Shown one piece after another: positions 9,719 through 17,840 of a DNA stretch of 64,000 bases. The stretch comes from an uncultured Clostridia bacterium (GTDB taxonomy: Bacteria; Bacillota; Clostridia; Oscillospirales; Oscillospiraceae): NCBI GenBank assembly GCA_947572235.1, contig CANPBB010000001.1, positions 1,620 through 65,619 of the forward strand. Direction: 5' to 3'. The notes beneath the pieces are model-generated. The model saw only the letters and a list, made by a program, of their open reading frames with translations. It was not told the origin of the DNA and ran no database searches. Position numbers and translations under genes: made by a program. The stretch's first letter is position 1; each line of letters starts with the position of its first letter.

Positions 9719-10678
9719 GTGGAGGATGTGCAGTACTACTTTGCCCCTATGGAGGGGATCACCGTCTGGCAGTTTCGCCGGCTGCACCGGCAGTTCTTTG
9801 GCGGCGTGGACCGCTACTTCTCCCCCTTCCTCTCCCCCAATCAGCACCATGTATTCTCCCAAAAGGAGCTGGGGGATGTGCTGCCGGAGCACAACGAGGG
9901 GGTGCCTCTGGTGCCCCAGATCCTTACCCGGCGCTGGGAGGACTTTGTCTGGTGCGCCAAGGAGCTGAAGGCTATGGGCTACCAAGAGGTGAATCTCAAC
10001 TGCGGCTGTCCCTCGGGAACGGTGACGGCCAAGGGGAAGGGGGCCGGGATGCTGGTAGATTTGCCGGCGCTGGACCGGTTCTTGGAGGAGGTTTTCTCCC
10101 ATGTCGATGTGGCGGTATCTGTCAAAACGCGGCTGGGGCTGGTGGAGCCGGAGGAGTTTGAGGCGATTTTGGCGGTCTACAACCGCTATCCCCTCAGCGA
10201 GCTGGTGATCCACCCCCGGGTGCAGGCGGAGCTGTACCGGGGGACACCCCACCGGGAGGCCTTTGACGCCTGCGTGCCCCTGTCGAGGGCTCCGCTGTGC
10301 TACAACGGGGATATAGTCTCGGCAGCGGACTGCCGGGAGTTCCGCCGGACCCATCCGGCGGTGGACCGGCTGATGCTGGGCCGGGGGCTGGTGGGAAACC
10401 CCGCGCTGGTCCGGGAGGCCAAGGGAGGGCCCGCCATAGGCCGGGAGGAGCTGAGGGACTTCCATGATGGGCTGTACCAGTCCTGCTGCGAGGCGTTCCA
10501 CAGCGAGAAGAATGCCCTGCGGCCTATGAAGGAGATCTGGTTTTATCTGCTGAACCTCTTTGAGGAGGACCCGGCTCTGGCAAGGGCCCTGCGCCGGTGT
10601 ACGGATCCGGCGGAGTACCGTTTGACGGTGGGGCGGCTGTTTCGGGAGGGGGAGTGGAGGAGTGGAATTAGGAGTTAG
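9719..10678 (+). CDS. dus: tRNA-dihydrouridine synthase family protein
   Basis: YYFAPMEGIT...NLNCGCP...KTRLG motifs of the Dus FMN-binding TIM barrel. GTG start. The last codons (GIRS-stop) lie in repeat family C. Confidence 0.87.
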   Translation: MEDVQYYFAPMEGITVWQFRRLHRQFFGGVDRYFSPFLSPNQHHVFSQKELGDVLPEHNEGVPLVPQILTRRWEDFVWCAKELKAMGYQEVNLNCGCPSGTVTAKGKGAGMLVDLPALDRFLEEVFSHVDVAVSVKTRLGLVEPEEFEAILAVYNRYPLSELVIHPRVQAELYRGTPHREAFDACVPLSRAPLCYNGDIVSAADCREFRRTHPAVDRLMLGRGLVGNPALVREAKGGPAIGREELRDFHDGLYQSCCEAFHSEKNALRPMKEIWFYLLNLFEEDPALARALRRCTDPAEYRLTVGRLFREGEWRSGIRS

Positions 10679-10720
10679 GAGCTGAGGGGGTCCGGCGGAG
10701 CTGGACGGTTTGGATCTGGC
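10664..10720 (+). repeat. Repeat family C (TTAGGAN TIR element), partial copy
   Basis: GGAATTAGGAGTTAGGAGCTGAGGGGGTCCGGCGGAGCTGGACGGTTTGGATC matches the left halves of 13776-13874, 25346-25457 and 53913-54048. Confidence 0.65.
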
Positions 10721-10818
10721 CGCTTGGGCGGCCTCCGGCATCCTTGCTCTCCGCTCTTCACCATAGTCTGTTGGGGTTGTAAAATAATCAGTGGTGGCCT
10801 GAGGGCCGAGGAGGTATT

Positions 10819-12126
10819 ATGTGGTATCATGAAGCTGTGATTTATCAGATCTATCCGTTGGGGCTGTGCGGGGCTCCGGAGGAGAATGATGGGGTGGAGA
10901 GCCACCGCATTCTGCGGGTGCTGGACTGGGTGGAGCACATTAAGGGTATGGGGGCGGATACCGTTCTCTTTAATCCTCTTTTTGAGAGCGACCGCCATGG
11001 GTATGACACGCGGGACTATTTTACCGTGGACAGGCGCCTGGGGACGGAGGAGGATCTGAGGAAGGTCTGTGACGCCCTTCACGCCGCTGGGCTGCGTGTG
11101 CTCTTTGACGGGGTGTTTAACCACGTGGGGCGGGGGTTTTGGGCCTTTCGGGATGTGCAGGAGAAGAGGTGGGACAGCCCCTATAAGGACTGGTTCCATC
11201 TGAGCTTTGACGGCAACAGCAACTATAACGACGGTTTCTGGTACGAGGGGTGGGAGGGGCACTTTGAGCTGGTGAAGCTGAACCTCTGGAATGACGCGGT
11301 GGTGGAGCACCAGTTTGCCGCCATTCGCTCCTGGGTGGAGCGGTTCGGCATCGACGGGCTGCGCTTGGATGTGGCCTACTGCCTGTCCCCGGAGTATCTT
11401 CAGCGGCTGCGCCGCTTCTCGGAGACGGTGAAGCCGGACTTCTGGCTCTTGGGGGAGACCCTTCATGGGGACTACAACCGGTGGATGAACGACAACGCCT
11501 GTCACAGTGTCACCAACTATGAGTGCTATAAGGGGCTGTGGTCGGCGTTTAACTCCATGAACCTCTTTGAGATTGGGCACAGCCTCCAGCGCCAGTTTGG
11601 GCCGGAGCAGTGGTGCCTCTACCGGGGGCGGCATCTGTTGAGCTTCCTCGACAACCACGATGTGGAGCGGATCGCCAGCAAGCTGCAGAACGGCGCCCAT
11701 CTGCTGCCCGCCTATGGGATGCTCTTCGGGATGCCCGGTGTGCCGGCGGTCTACTACGGCAGCGAGTGGGGGATGCAGGGGCGGAAGAGCGACGGAGACG
11801 CCGCCCTGCGTCCGGCGGTGGAGGTCCCTGTCTCCAATGAGATAACGGCGTTTATCGCCTCCTGCGCCGCCGCCCGGCGGCAGAGCCGGGCCTTGCAGTA
11901 CGGCAGCTATCGGAATGTGCTTTTGACCAACCGGCAGATCATTTTTGAGCGGTGCGCAGAGGGGGAGCGGGTTCTGGTGGCTGTCAATGCCGACGGGGAG
12001 CCCTTTACTGCCCACTTTGATGCCCAAGCGGGGCGGGCGCGGGAACTGCTCTCCGGCGGGATGCACGACTTTGGCGGCGGGAGCCTGCTGCCGCCCTACA
12101 GTGTGGCCTACTGGCGCGTGGAGTGA
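10819..12126 (+). CDS. GH13 alpha-amylase-family glycoside hydrolase
   Basis: VIYQIYP, DGVFNHVG, GIDGLRLDVAY, LLGE and FLDNHD conserved regions I-IV. GAGGAGG SD. Confidence 0.9.
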   Translation: MWYHEAVIYQIYPLGLCGAPEENDGVESHRILRVLDWVEHIKGMGADTVLFNPLFESDRHGYDTRDYFTVDRRLGTEEDLRKVCDALHAAGLRVLFDGVFNHVGRGFWAFRDVQEKRWDSPYKDWFHLSFDGNSNYNDGFWYEGWEGHFELVKLNLWNDAVVEHQFAAIRSWVERFGIDGLRLDVAYCLSPEYLQRLRRFSETVKPDFWLLGETLHGDYNRWMNDNACHSVTNYECYKGLWSAFNSMNLFEIGHSLQRQFGPEQWCLYRGRHLLSFLDNHDVERIASKLQNGAHLLPAYGMLFGMPGVPAVYYGSEWGMQGRKSDGDAALRPAVEVPVSNEITAFIASCAAARRQSRALQYGSYRNVLLTNRQIIFERCAEGERVLVAVNADGEPFTAHFDAQAGRARELLSGGMHDFGGGSLLPPYSVAYWRVE

Positions 12127-12198
12127 GAGCATAGGCCTTGCCAGAGGGCTGCAGATGTGGTACGATAGGCAAAAATGATCAAAAGGATGGGTATCGCC

Positions 12199-13017
12199 AT
12201 GAAAAAGCTGCTCTATCTCACCGACCTCTACTACCACGCTGTTGGGCGCAAGTATCGGGAGGAGGATTTGATTGTCACCGAGCATTTGAGAAACTACTTT
12301 GACATCGCCCTCTGCCACCCCCGGCAGAGCCAAGGATTTGAGGCCTCGGCGGATCTGATCGTCTTTCGCAACACCGGCTCGGTGATCTTCTATCAGGAGG
12401 ATTTCAACGCCTTCAAGCGGCGGGTACGGGAGAGGCGGCTCCCCATCTTCAATGAGTTTACCGGCAAGGGCGATATGGCGGGGAAGCAGTATCTGGTGGA
12501 TCTTACCGCCGTCGGCTATCCGGTGATCCCCACCGTGGACACCATGGCGGAGCTGCATAAGCTCCCGGCCTGCGATAGCTACGCCATCAAGCCCAAAAAT
12601 GGGGCGGACTCCATCGGTCTGAAATTTTTGGACCCGGCCCAGCTGGCCCAAGTGCGGCTCCCCGGCCGGGATACCCTGATCCAGCCGACGGTGGACTTCG
12701 TCTATGAGGTCTCCTTCTACTTCATCAACAACAAATTTGAGTACGCCATGTACGCTCCGGACAAGACCCGCCGGTGGGTTCTGGAGCCCTACAGCCCCAC
12801 GGAGGCGGACTTGGCCTTCGCCCGCACCTTCATCGGCTGGAACGACATCCGCTACGGCATCCAGCGCGTTGATGCCTGCCGGACAAGGGAGGGGACGCTG
12901 CTTTTGATGGAGCTGGAGGATCTGAATCCCTACCTCTCCTTCGAGTGCATAGACGAGTCCACCCAGAAGCGGTTCTTGGCGGACTTCACCGCCGCGCTGC
13001 AGGAGGTCGTGGGATAG
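12199..13017 (+). CDS. ATP-grasp-like hypothetical protein
   Basis: 273 aa. YAIKPKNGADSIG and ELEDLNP segments resemble an ATP-grasp fold. Function uncertain. Confidence 0.55.
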   Translation: MKKLLYLTDLYYHAVGRKYREEDLIVTEHLRNYFDIALCHPRQSQGFEASADLIVFRNTGSVIFYQEDFNAFKRRVRERRLPIFNEFTGKGDMAGKQYLVDLTAVGYPVIPTVDTMAELHKLPACDSYAIKPKNGADSIGLKFLDPAQLAQVRLPGRDTLIQPTVDFVYEVSFYFINNKFEYAMYAPDKTRRWVLEPYSPTEADLAFARTFIGWNDIRYGIQRVDACRTREGTLLLMELEDLNPYLSFECIDESTQKRFLADFTAALQEVVG

Positions 13018-13091
13018 GCGAGCTGTAGGGGGCGCCTCTATGGGGCGTTTTCCGGCTGAAAAAGGCCCTCTGCCGCACTTATAGATAGTAC

Positions 13092-13126
13092 AGAGGAGGC
13101 CGGCAGCTCTGCTGCCGGCCTCCTCT
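13092..13126. terminator. Bidirectional terminator between convergent genes
   Basis: AGAGGAGGCCGGCAGC-TCT-GCTGCCGGCCTCCTCT, a perfect 16-bp stem. Confidence 0.75.
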
Positions 13127-13131
13127 TATTG

Positions 13132-13761
13132 CTACCAGAAGAACCCCTTGCCGTTAAAGTACCACTTGGCCCCCTTTTTTACCATCCCCACCATCACCGT
13201 CTCCGCCTCCGTGTTGGGGCCGATCCCCCTGCGCAGAGTGATGGACACATCGGCGAAATCCGAGCCGTAGAATCGCACATAGTTGAGGGTGTAGGACAGG
13301 GGCGGCGAGGGGGATTCGCCGCCGTGCTGGGCGTAATAGAAGGCCATATCCGCTAAACCCGAAAAGGAATCCCTCAGGTCATAGCCGACAGCCTCGCCGA
13401 TAAGGTCCAGCGCCCCTTGGAGCAGCTTGGTGTAGGTCGGGTCAAAGCAGGCCAGCACACCGTTGATATCGCTGCGGTTCGCCGCGTTGACAAACTCCGT
13501 GAGAGTGTGCTCAATCCGCACCTCCGGTTTCAGATACCGCTGATAGACAAAATAACCGCCCACAACCAAAATAACCGCCAGCAGCCAGAGAATGGTCTTC
13601 CTCTCCCACCGCCGGGGGGAGGACGAAGTATCGCTCACCGGCATCTGGATAGCCGGCTGTACCGCCGCGCCCTGCGGCATCCCTTCTTCCGATGCCGCGC
13701 CGCACTTGAAACAAAACCGCGCATCCTCCGCCAGCGGACCCCCGCATTTCACACAGAACAT
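13132..13761 (-). CDS. Zinc-ribbon membrane protein
   Basis: N-terminal CxxC...CxxC ribbon (MFCVKCGGPLAEDARFCFKCG), one TM segment, extracytoplasmic domain. Confidence 0.7.
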   Translation of the reverse strand: MFCVKCGGPLAEDARFCFKCGAASEEGMPQGAAVQPAIQMPVSDTSSSPRRWERKTILWLLAVILVVGGYFVYQRYLKPEVRIEHTLTEFVNAANRSDINGVLACFDPTYTKLLQGALDLIGEAVGYDLRDSFSGLADMAFYYAQHGGESPSPPLSYTLNYVRFYGSDFADVSITLRRGIGPNTEAETVMVGMVKKGAKWYFNGKGFFW

Positions 13762-13775
13762 CTTTCTTCCTCCCT

Positions 13776-13874
13776 TTTTGAATTAGGAATGGTGGTGTCC
13801 AGCGGAGCCGGACAGATTTGAACAGAATGGACGCCTTTCGATGGGGGAAATTCCTAACTCCTAATTCCTAATTG
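13776..13874. repeat. Repeat family C, full copy between mutY and the zinc-ribbon gene
   Basis: Terminal inverted repeats GAATTAGGAAT / ATTCCTAATTC; core GGTGTCCAGCGGAGCCGGACAGATTTGAACAGA. Confidence 0.8.
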
Positions 13875-14912
13875 AGCTTCTATTTCTTCTAAAAACTTCC
13901 CGAACGCGGAGGGGATGGCGTACTGTGCCAGATCCCCTTTCTCCGCAAAGGTCAGTCCCTCTCCCGTCCCCTGTACCTCTGCGAAGTATCCGGTCATGCG
14001 CCACTCCACATGGGTGAAGATGTGCTTGGCCGTCATACGCCGCTGCCAGTCGATGGGGCGCAGTCCCCAAGCTGCCAGCGGGGCGCCGGCCTCCGCCTCG
14101 TCGAGGGTGCCGGGGACATGGGGGAACTCCCACAGGCCCCCTAAAAGGCCCCCTGTTTCCCGCCGCCGCAGGGCCACCCGGTTTTGGGAGAAGAGCAGGT
14201 ATACTGTCAGCTCCTCCACGCGGCGGGGGGGCTTTTTTTTTCGCACCGGCAGCTCCCCCGCTGTGCCGTCTGCCCGGGCGGCGCAGAGGTTCGACAGGGG
14301 GCACTGGGCGCAGAGGGGGGAGCCGTGGGGGAGGCAGACGGTGGCTCCCAGGTCCATCAGGGCCTGATTGAAGGCGCCGGGACGGTCCGGGGGCAGGACG
14401 GCGCAGACCATGGCGCGGATCTGCTTGCGCACCGCCGGGTCCATCACGTCATCCCGCAGCGCCGACAGGCGGGCGGCGATCCGCAGCACGTTGCCGTCCA
14501 CCGCGGGGACCGGCTGGTGAAAGGCGATGGAAGCCACCGCCCCGGCGGTGTAGTCCCCCACGCCGGGGAGGGTCAGAAGTGCCTCATAGGTCCGGGGGAA
14601 GAGGCCGCCGAAGTCGTCCATGATGACCTTGGCGGCCTTTTGCAGGTTCCGGGCCCGGCTGTAGTAGCCAAGGCCCTCCCACAGCTTCATCAGCCGGTCC
14701 TCCTCCACCGCCGACAGGGCGGCCACATCGGGGAGGGCCTCCATCCAGCGGTGGTAGTAGGGGATCACTGCCGCCACGCGGGTCTGTTGGAGCATGATCT
14801 CGGAGACCCAGATCTTGTAGGGGTCTTGAGCGCCGCGCCAAGGCAGCGTGCGCTTGTGGGTGTCGTACCAAGCGAGAAGAGGCGGCGCGATGGGGGGGAG
14901 AGGGAGGGGCAT
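13854..14912 (-). CDS. mutY: A/G-specific adenine DNA glycosylase
   Basis: LLAWYD..RTLPWR, YKIWVSEIMLQQT, HhH-GPD, C-x6-C-x2-C-x5-C cluster, NUDIX-like C-terminus. Start at 14912 behind AAGGAGG; the longer ORF overlaps the rSAM gene. Confidence 0.9.
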   Translation of the reverse strand: MPLPLPPIAPPLLAWYDTHKRTLPWRGAQDPYKIWVSEIMLQQTRVAAVIPYYHRWMEALPDVAALSAVEEDRLMKLWEGLGYYSRARNLQKAAKVIMDDFGGLFPRTYEALLTLPGVGDYTAGAVASIAFHQPVPAVDGNVLRIAARLSALRDDVMDPAVRKQIRAMVCAVLPPDRPGAFNQALMDLGATVCLPHGSPLCAQCPLSNLCAARADGTAGELPVRKKKPPRRVEELTVYLLFSQNRVALRRRETGGLLGGLWEFPHVPGTLDEAEAGAPLAAWGLRPIDWQRRMTAKHIFTHVEWRMTGYFAEVQGTGEGLTFAEKGDLAQYAIPSAFGKFLEEIEAQLGIRS

Positions 14913-14953
14913 GGGGGGCCTCCTTTGTTTGAGAGTGGGGATACCACAAAAAA

Positions 14954-15802
14954 TTATTGGCCGAAGCGGGTGGCGTAGCCGCAGCGGCGGCAGAGCTCCT
15001 CGGTGGGGCAACGGCGGGTGAAGCCGTTGTAGAGAGATTGGGCGCGGGGGGTACGCAGGATTTCCGGGAGGGAGCTGCTGAAGAGACTGCCTAAGGGGAT
15101 GTCGCCCTCGTGATCCAGGCAGCAGGGGACCACGGTGCCGTCTGCCAAGACTGCCGCTTGGTCCCGGAGGGCACGGCAGAAGGAGGCGCCGGAGGCGGGG
15201 GCGGTGAGGTCCGGCCAGTCGAAACGCTCCGCCTGCTCCAAGTAGAGGCCCTGTGAGAGACGCCAGCTCCCTTGGCGGGGCTGGGGGCAGGCGAGGGGGT
15301 GGATGCCGGATTTTTGGGCCAGATAGTCTAATATTTCCCCGTTGCGGGCGTCGGCGCCCCCGATGTTCCACAGGCGCAGGGCGCAGATGATCCCTTGGCG
15401 GGCCGCTTGGGACACAAAGCCCCAGACCCCGGAGAGGTAGGCGGTCAGATCCCCCGCGCCGTTGCCCTCCATACTGTGCAGAGACACACTGAGCTTGTAG
15501 AGGGCGGAGGCGGACAGCAGGGTGTCCCCCTGCCGGGGCAGCAGGACGCCGTTGGTGACGATGATGACCTTGACCCCTAAGTCGGCGCAGATGCTCAAAA
15601 TTTCCCTTAGCTGGGGGTGGAGCAGGGGCTCCCCCATGACGTGGAGGCAGAAGTAGTCCGCGTAGGGGCGCAGACGACCGGCCAGCAGGGCGAACTCCGC
15701 CGCGGTCATGTCCCGGAGGGGACGCCGGGTGCCGGGGCAGAAGGAGCAGCGGAGGTTACAGCGGTTGGTGATCTCCACATAGACGCGCTTCAATCTGTTC
15801 AT
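14954..15802 (-). CDS. Radical SAM / SPASM-domain protein
   Basis: CNLRCSFC (CxxxCxxC) near the N-terminus. C-terminal Cys-rich SPASM-like region (VPCCLDHEGD...CRRCGY). Confidence 0.87.
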   Translation of the reverse strand: MNRLKRVYVEITNRCNLRCSFCPGTRRPLRDMTAAEFALLAGRLRPYADYFCLHVMGEPLLHPQLREILSICADLGVKVIIVTNGVLLPRQGDTLLSASALYKLSVSLHSMEGNGAGDLTAYLSGVWGFVSQAARQGIICALRLWNIGGADARNGEILDYLAQKSGIHPLACPQPRQGSWRLSQGLYLEQAERFDWPDLTAPASGASFCRALRDQAAVLADGTVVPCCLDHEGDIPLGSLFSSSLPEILRTPRAQSLYNGFTRRCPTEELCRRCGYATRFGQ

Positions 15803-16851
15803 AGGACGATGGAGGGATGGACCGTCCGCCTGTGCCAGCGGAAGAGCTCCGCCTCCACGGCCTGGGTGTCCAAGGGGCAGGGGTGCTGGAGGACGCAGGC
15901 TTTGAGGGGCAGGCCGTGGGGGCCGGTCTTCTCCTCGGGCTTGGCCATAAACAGCAGCGCACCGCTGCCGCCGCTTTGCACCGGACCATCCAGCGCCTCT
16001 TGGCTCCAGAGGTCCAAGGAGATGTCCTCCCCGCCGGCAATCTCGTACTCCACCGTGGGCAGGCCCATCCCCTCCGGGCAGACCTCCGGCAGCAGCGCCA
16101 AGAGGTTTTGCTCGCTGCGGTCGATGGCGGCCATATCCGCCGCCGTCAGCCCCTCCCGGCTCCGGTGGGCGCGGAAGAGGGCGCGGTACTCCTCCCAGAC
16201 ATCGGAGATAACCATCCGCCGGAGGTAGGCGGTGTGGGTCCCCCCGTCGCCGCCGAAGGGCAGCGTCAGGTCCATCGTCCCCGCCGTCAGCGTCACGGGG
16301 ACCTCCGATAGGTAGGTCTCGGTGGTCTCACCGGGCTCCAGCGTCACCGCCGCGCCCTCGGGCAGGTCGGGGAGGGCGTCACAGCGCAGCTCCATCCGGC
16401 TGAGGGCGCACCGCTCCAGCGCCGCCTCCTCCAGCGGGGCTTGGGGCCGCCATCCCTCCCGCAGGAAGGCGGACAGGAGGAGAAGGGAGGGCACATCGTT
16501 CTCCGCCATCACCCCGTACTCCGACCCGGCGATCTCCAGCCGTACCTCCCCCCACCGGAGTGCCTTGGCGTGTTCCACCGCCAGCACCGGCGCCACCTCC
16601 CGCCGCTCCTGGCGCATACTCTCCCGCCGGGTGGCCGGCGGCAGCGCCGGCTCCTCCCAGACCGTCTCGTCCGCCTCGGCGAGGCGCTCGCTGTAGGTGC
16701 TGTCATACTGGAGCAGGTGGAGGCACACCGCCTCCCCCCGCCGGGTGAGGGCGATCAGCTCCCCGTCACAGGAGCCGGCGGAGAAGGGCCGGCCAAGGAC
16801 GCGGCACTCGTCATAGGGGCGCAGGTACTCCAGCAAGAGAGCAAGGTTCAT
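15799..16851 (-). CDS. Hypothetical protein (350 aa), translationally coupled to the rSAM/SPASM gene
   Basis: AAGGAGG SD, own promoter upstream, ATGA overlap with the downstream rSAM gene. No motif recognised. Confidence 0.75.
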   Translation of the reverse strand: MNLALLLEYLRPYDECRVLGRPFSAGSCDGELIALTRRGEAVCLHLLQYDSTYSERLAEADETVWEEPALPPATRRESMRQERREVAPVLAVEHAKALRWGEVRLEIAGSEYGVMAENDVPSLLLLSAFLREGWRPQAPLEEAALERCALSRMELRCDALPDLPEGAAVTLEPGETTETYLSEVPVTLTAGTMDLTLPFGGDGGTHTAYLRRMVISDVWEEYRALFRAHRSREGLTAADMAAIDRSEQNLLALLPEVCPEGMGLPTVEYEIAGGEDISLDLWSQEALDGPVQSGGSGALLFMAKPEEKTGPHGLPLKACVLQHPCPLDTQAVEAELFRWHRRTVHPSIVL

Positions 16852-16881
16852 AAGGCGGCCTCCTTAGTACAGCTTTTTCTT

Positions 16882-16910
16882 CATCTTACCACATCCCGCC
16901 CTCGCTGACA
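16882..16910 (-). promoter_or_regulatory. Sigma-A-type promoter for the hypothetical-rSAM-mutY operon
   Basis: Minus strand reads TTGTCA, 17 nt, TAAGAT, about 30 nt before the start codon. Confidence 0.5.
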
Positions 16911-16981
16911 ATGCGCATTTCGATCCCATTTTACTTTTTGTGTTGTGGTATTCTTACGTTGGCGATTTCATTGATTGGAGA

Positions 16982-17010
16982 TTGAACCACAGGATTTTCT
17001 ATGATATAAT
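16982..17010 (+). promoter_or_regulatory. Sigma-A-type promoter for the 168-aa gene
   Basis: TTGAAC, 17 nt, TATAAT. Confidence 0.5.
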
Positions 17011-17045
17011 CAAAGCGGCGGATCGGAAGCTGAGGTGAAAAGCAA

Positions 17046-17552
17046 ATGGCAAAATTTCTGATTGACGCAACAGAATTATATTGGATTGATGGGAGTGCGG
17101 ATAACCCCGAGGATTTATGCTTACACGGTCATGCCGTCGTCTATATTGGCAAAGAAAAGCTGGAATATGATTGTACAGTCAGCGCGACGGCGCTGTATCT
17201 GCTCAAAACATTGACAGAGGATCATATTATCTATGAGGACAATCAGATGCTTCCTTGCTGCGGACACTTTTATGTTCCCGATGCAAAACTTGAAAATGTG
17301 ACAATCAGCGGCTGTGGTAATGGAATAGATTGGACAATCAAGCACAGCGGAAAAGATGTTGTTCTGATTTTGGAAAGCGGAAGAGCGGAGACCGTCCCGC
17401 TGGAGGCGTACAGACAAGAGGTATGTCGGTTTGCAGACAAGATTGAGGGATACTATCAATTGTGTTCGCCCAAAAAGATACCAGAGGATCCCTTCAGCCG
17501 TGATGGCTATATCGCGTTTTGGAATGAGTGGCATCGGCGGAGAAATATATGA
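17046..17552 (+). CDS. Hypothetical protein (168 aa) on an AT-rich islet
   Basis: Clean ORF with promoter, SD (GAGGTGA) and terminator. Composition clearly lower in GC than its neighbours. No domain recognised. Confidence 0.7.
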   Translation: MAKFLIDATELYWIDGSADNPEDLCLHGHAVVYIGKEKLEYDCTVSATALYLLKTLTEDHIIYEDNQMLPCCGHFYVPDAKLENVTISGCGNGIDWTIKHSGKDVVLILESGRAETVPLEAYRQEVCRFADKIEGYYQLCSPKKIPEDPFSRDGYIAFWNEWHRRRNI

Positions 17553-17563
17553 ATTTAGTTCTA

Positions 17564-17606
17564 TCGGGCAGTTATCCACCGTGGATAACTGCCCGAGTAT
17601 TATTTT
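17564..17606 (+). terminator. Rho-independent terminator
   Basis: TCGGGCAGTTATCCAC-C-GTGGATAACTGCCCGA followed by a T-rich tract. Confidence 0.75.
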
Positions 17607-17840
17607 GATGAAGGATCAAGGAATCGTACGCACAGCAGCATAAACGATAAATTGCAAAGTGGGCAAAAGTATGCTATGATAACAAAACGATCCCTGTGGG
17701 AGCGGACCGCTCCGGAAGCCGGAGGACGGTGGGCCGGACACCACCATTCCTGAGGCCTCTCCCCTGATTTTATCGCCGCGTTTTATCTCCACTCTCAGCG
17801 CTTAAAAATATCTCCTATCTCAAAAAAGCGGAGGTGTCCT

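Noticed and set aside
10664-10682. Telomere-like TTAGG/TTAGGA tandem motif
   Set aside because: Only two to three heptamer units occur, and always as the ends of the family C element in a bacterial chromosome context. The resemblance to eukaryotic TTAGG(G) repeats is coincidental.
10675-12651. 658-aa minus-strand ORF opposite the GH13 and ATP-grasp genes
   Set aside because: It is an antisense shadow. The plus strand carries GH13 conserved regions I-IV.
13795-13840. tRNA 3'-half-like sequence in the family C core (reverse strand GTTCAAATCTGTCCGGCTCCGCTGGACACCA)
   Set aside because: The T-loop-like TTCAAAT is not flanked by complementary T-stem arms, there is no matching 5' acceptor strand, D-arm or anticodon arm, and the motif recurs in every copy. 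At most it is a relic of a tRNA-derived attachment site, not a tRNA gene.
14913-15371. N-terminal 150-aa extension of MutY (505-aa ORF-track version)
   Set aside because: The extension is Pro/Arg/Gly-rich and overlaps the rSAM/SPASM gene in another frame. The conserved MutY sequence begins right after the ATG at 14912, which has an AAGGAGG SD.
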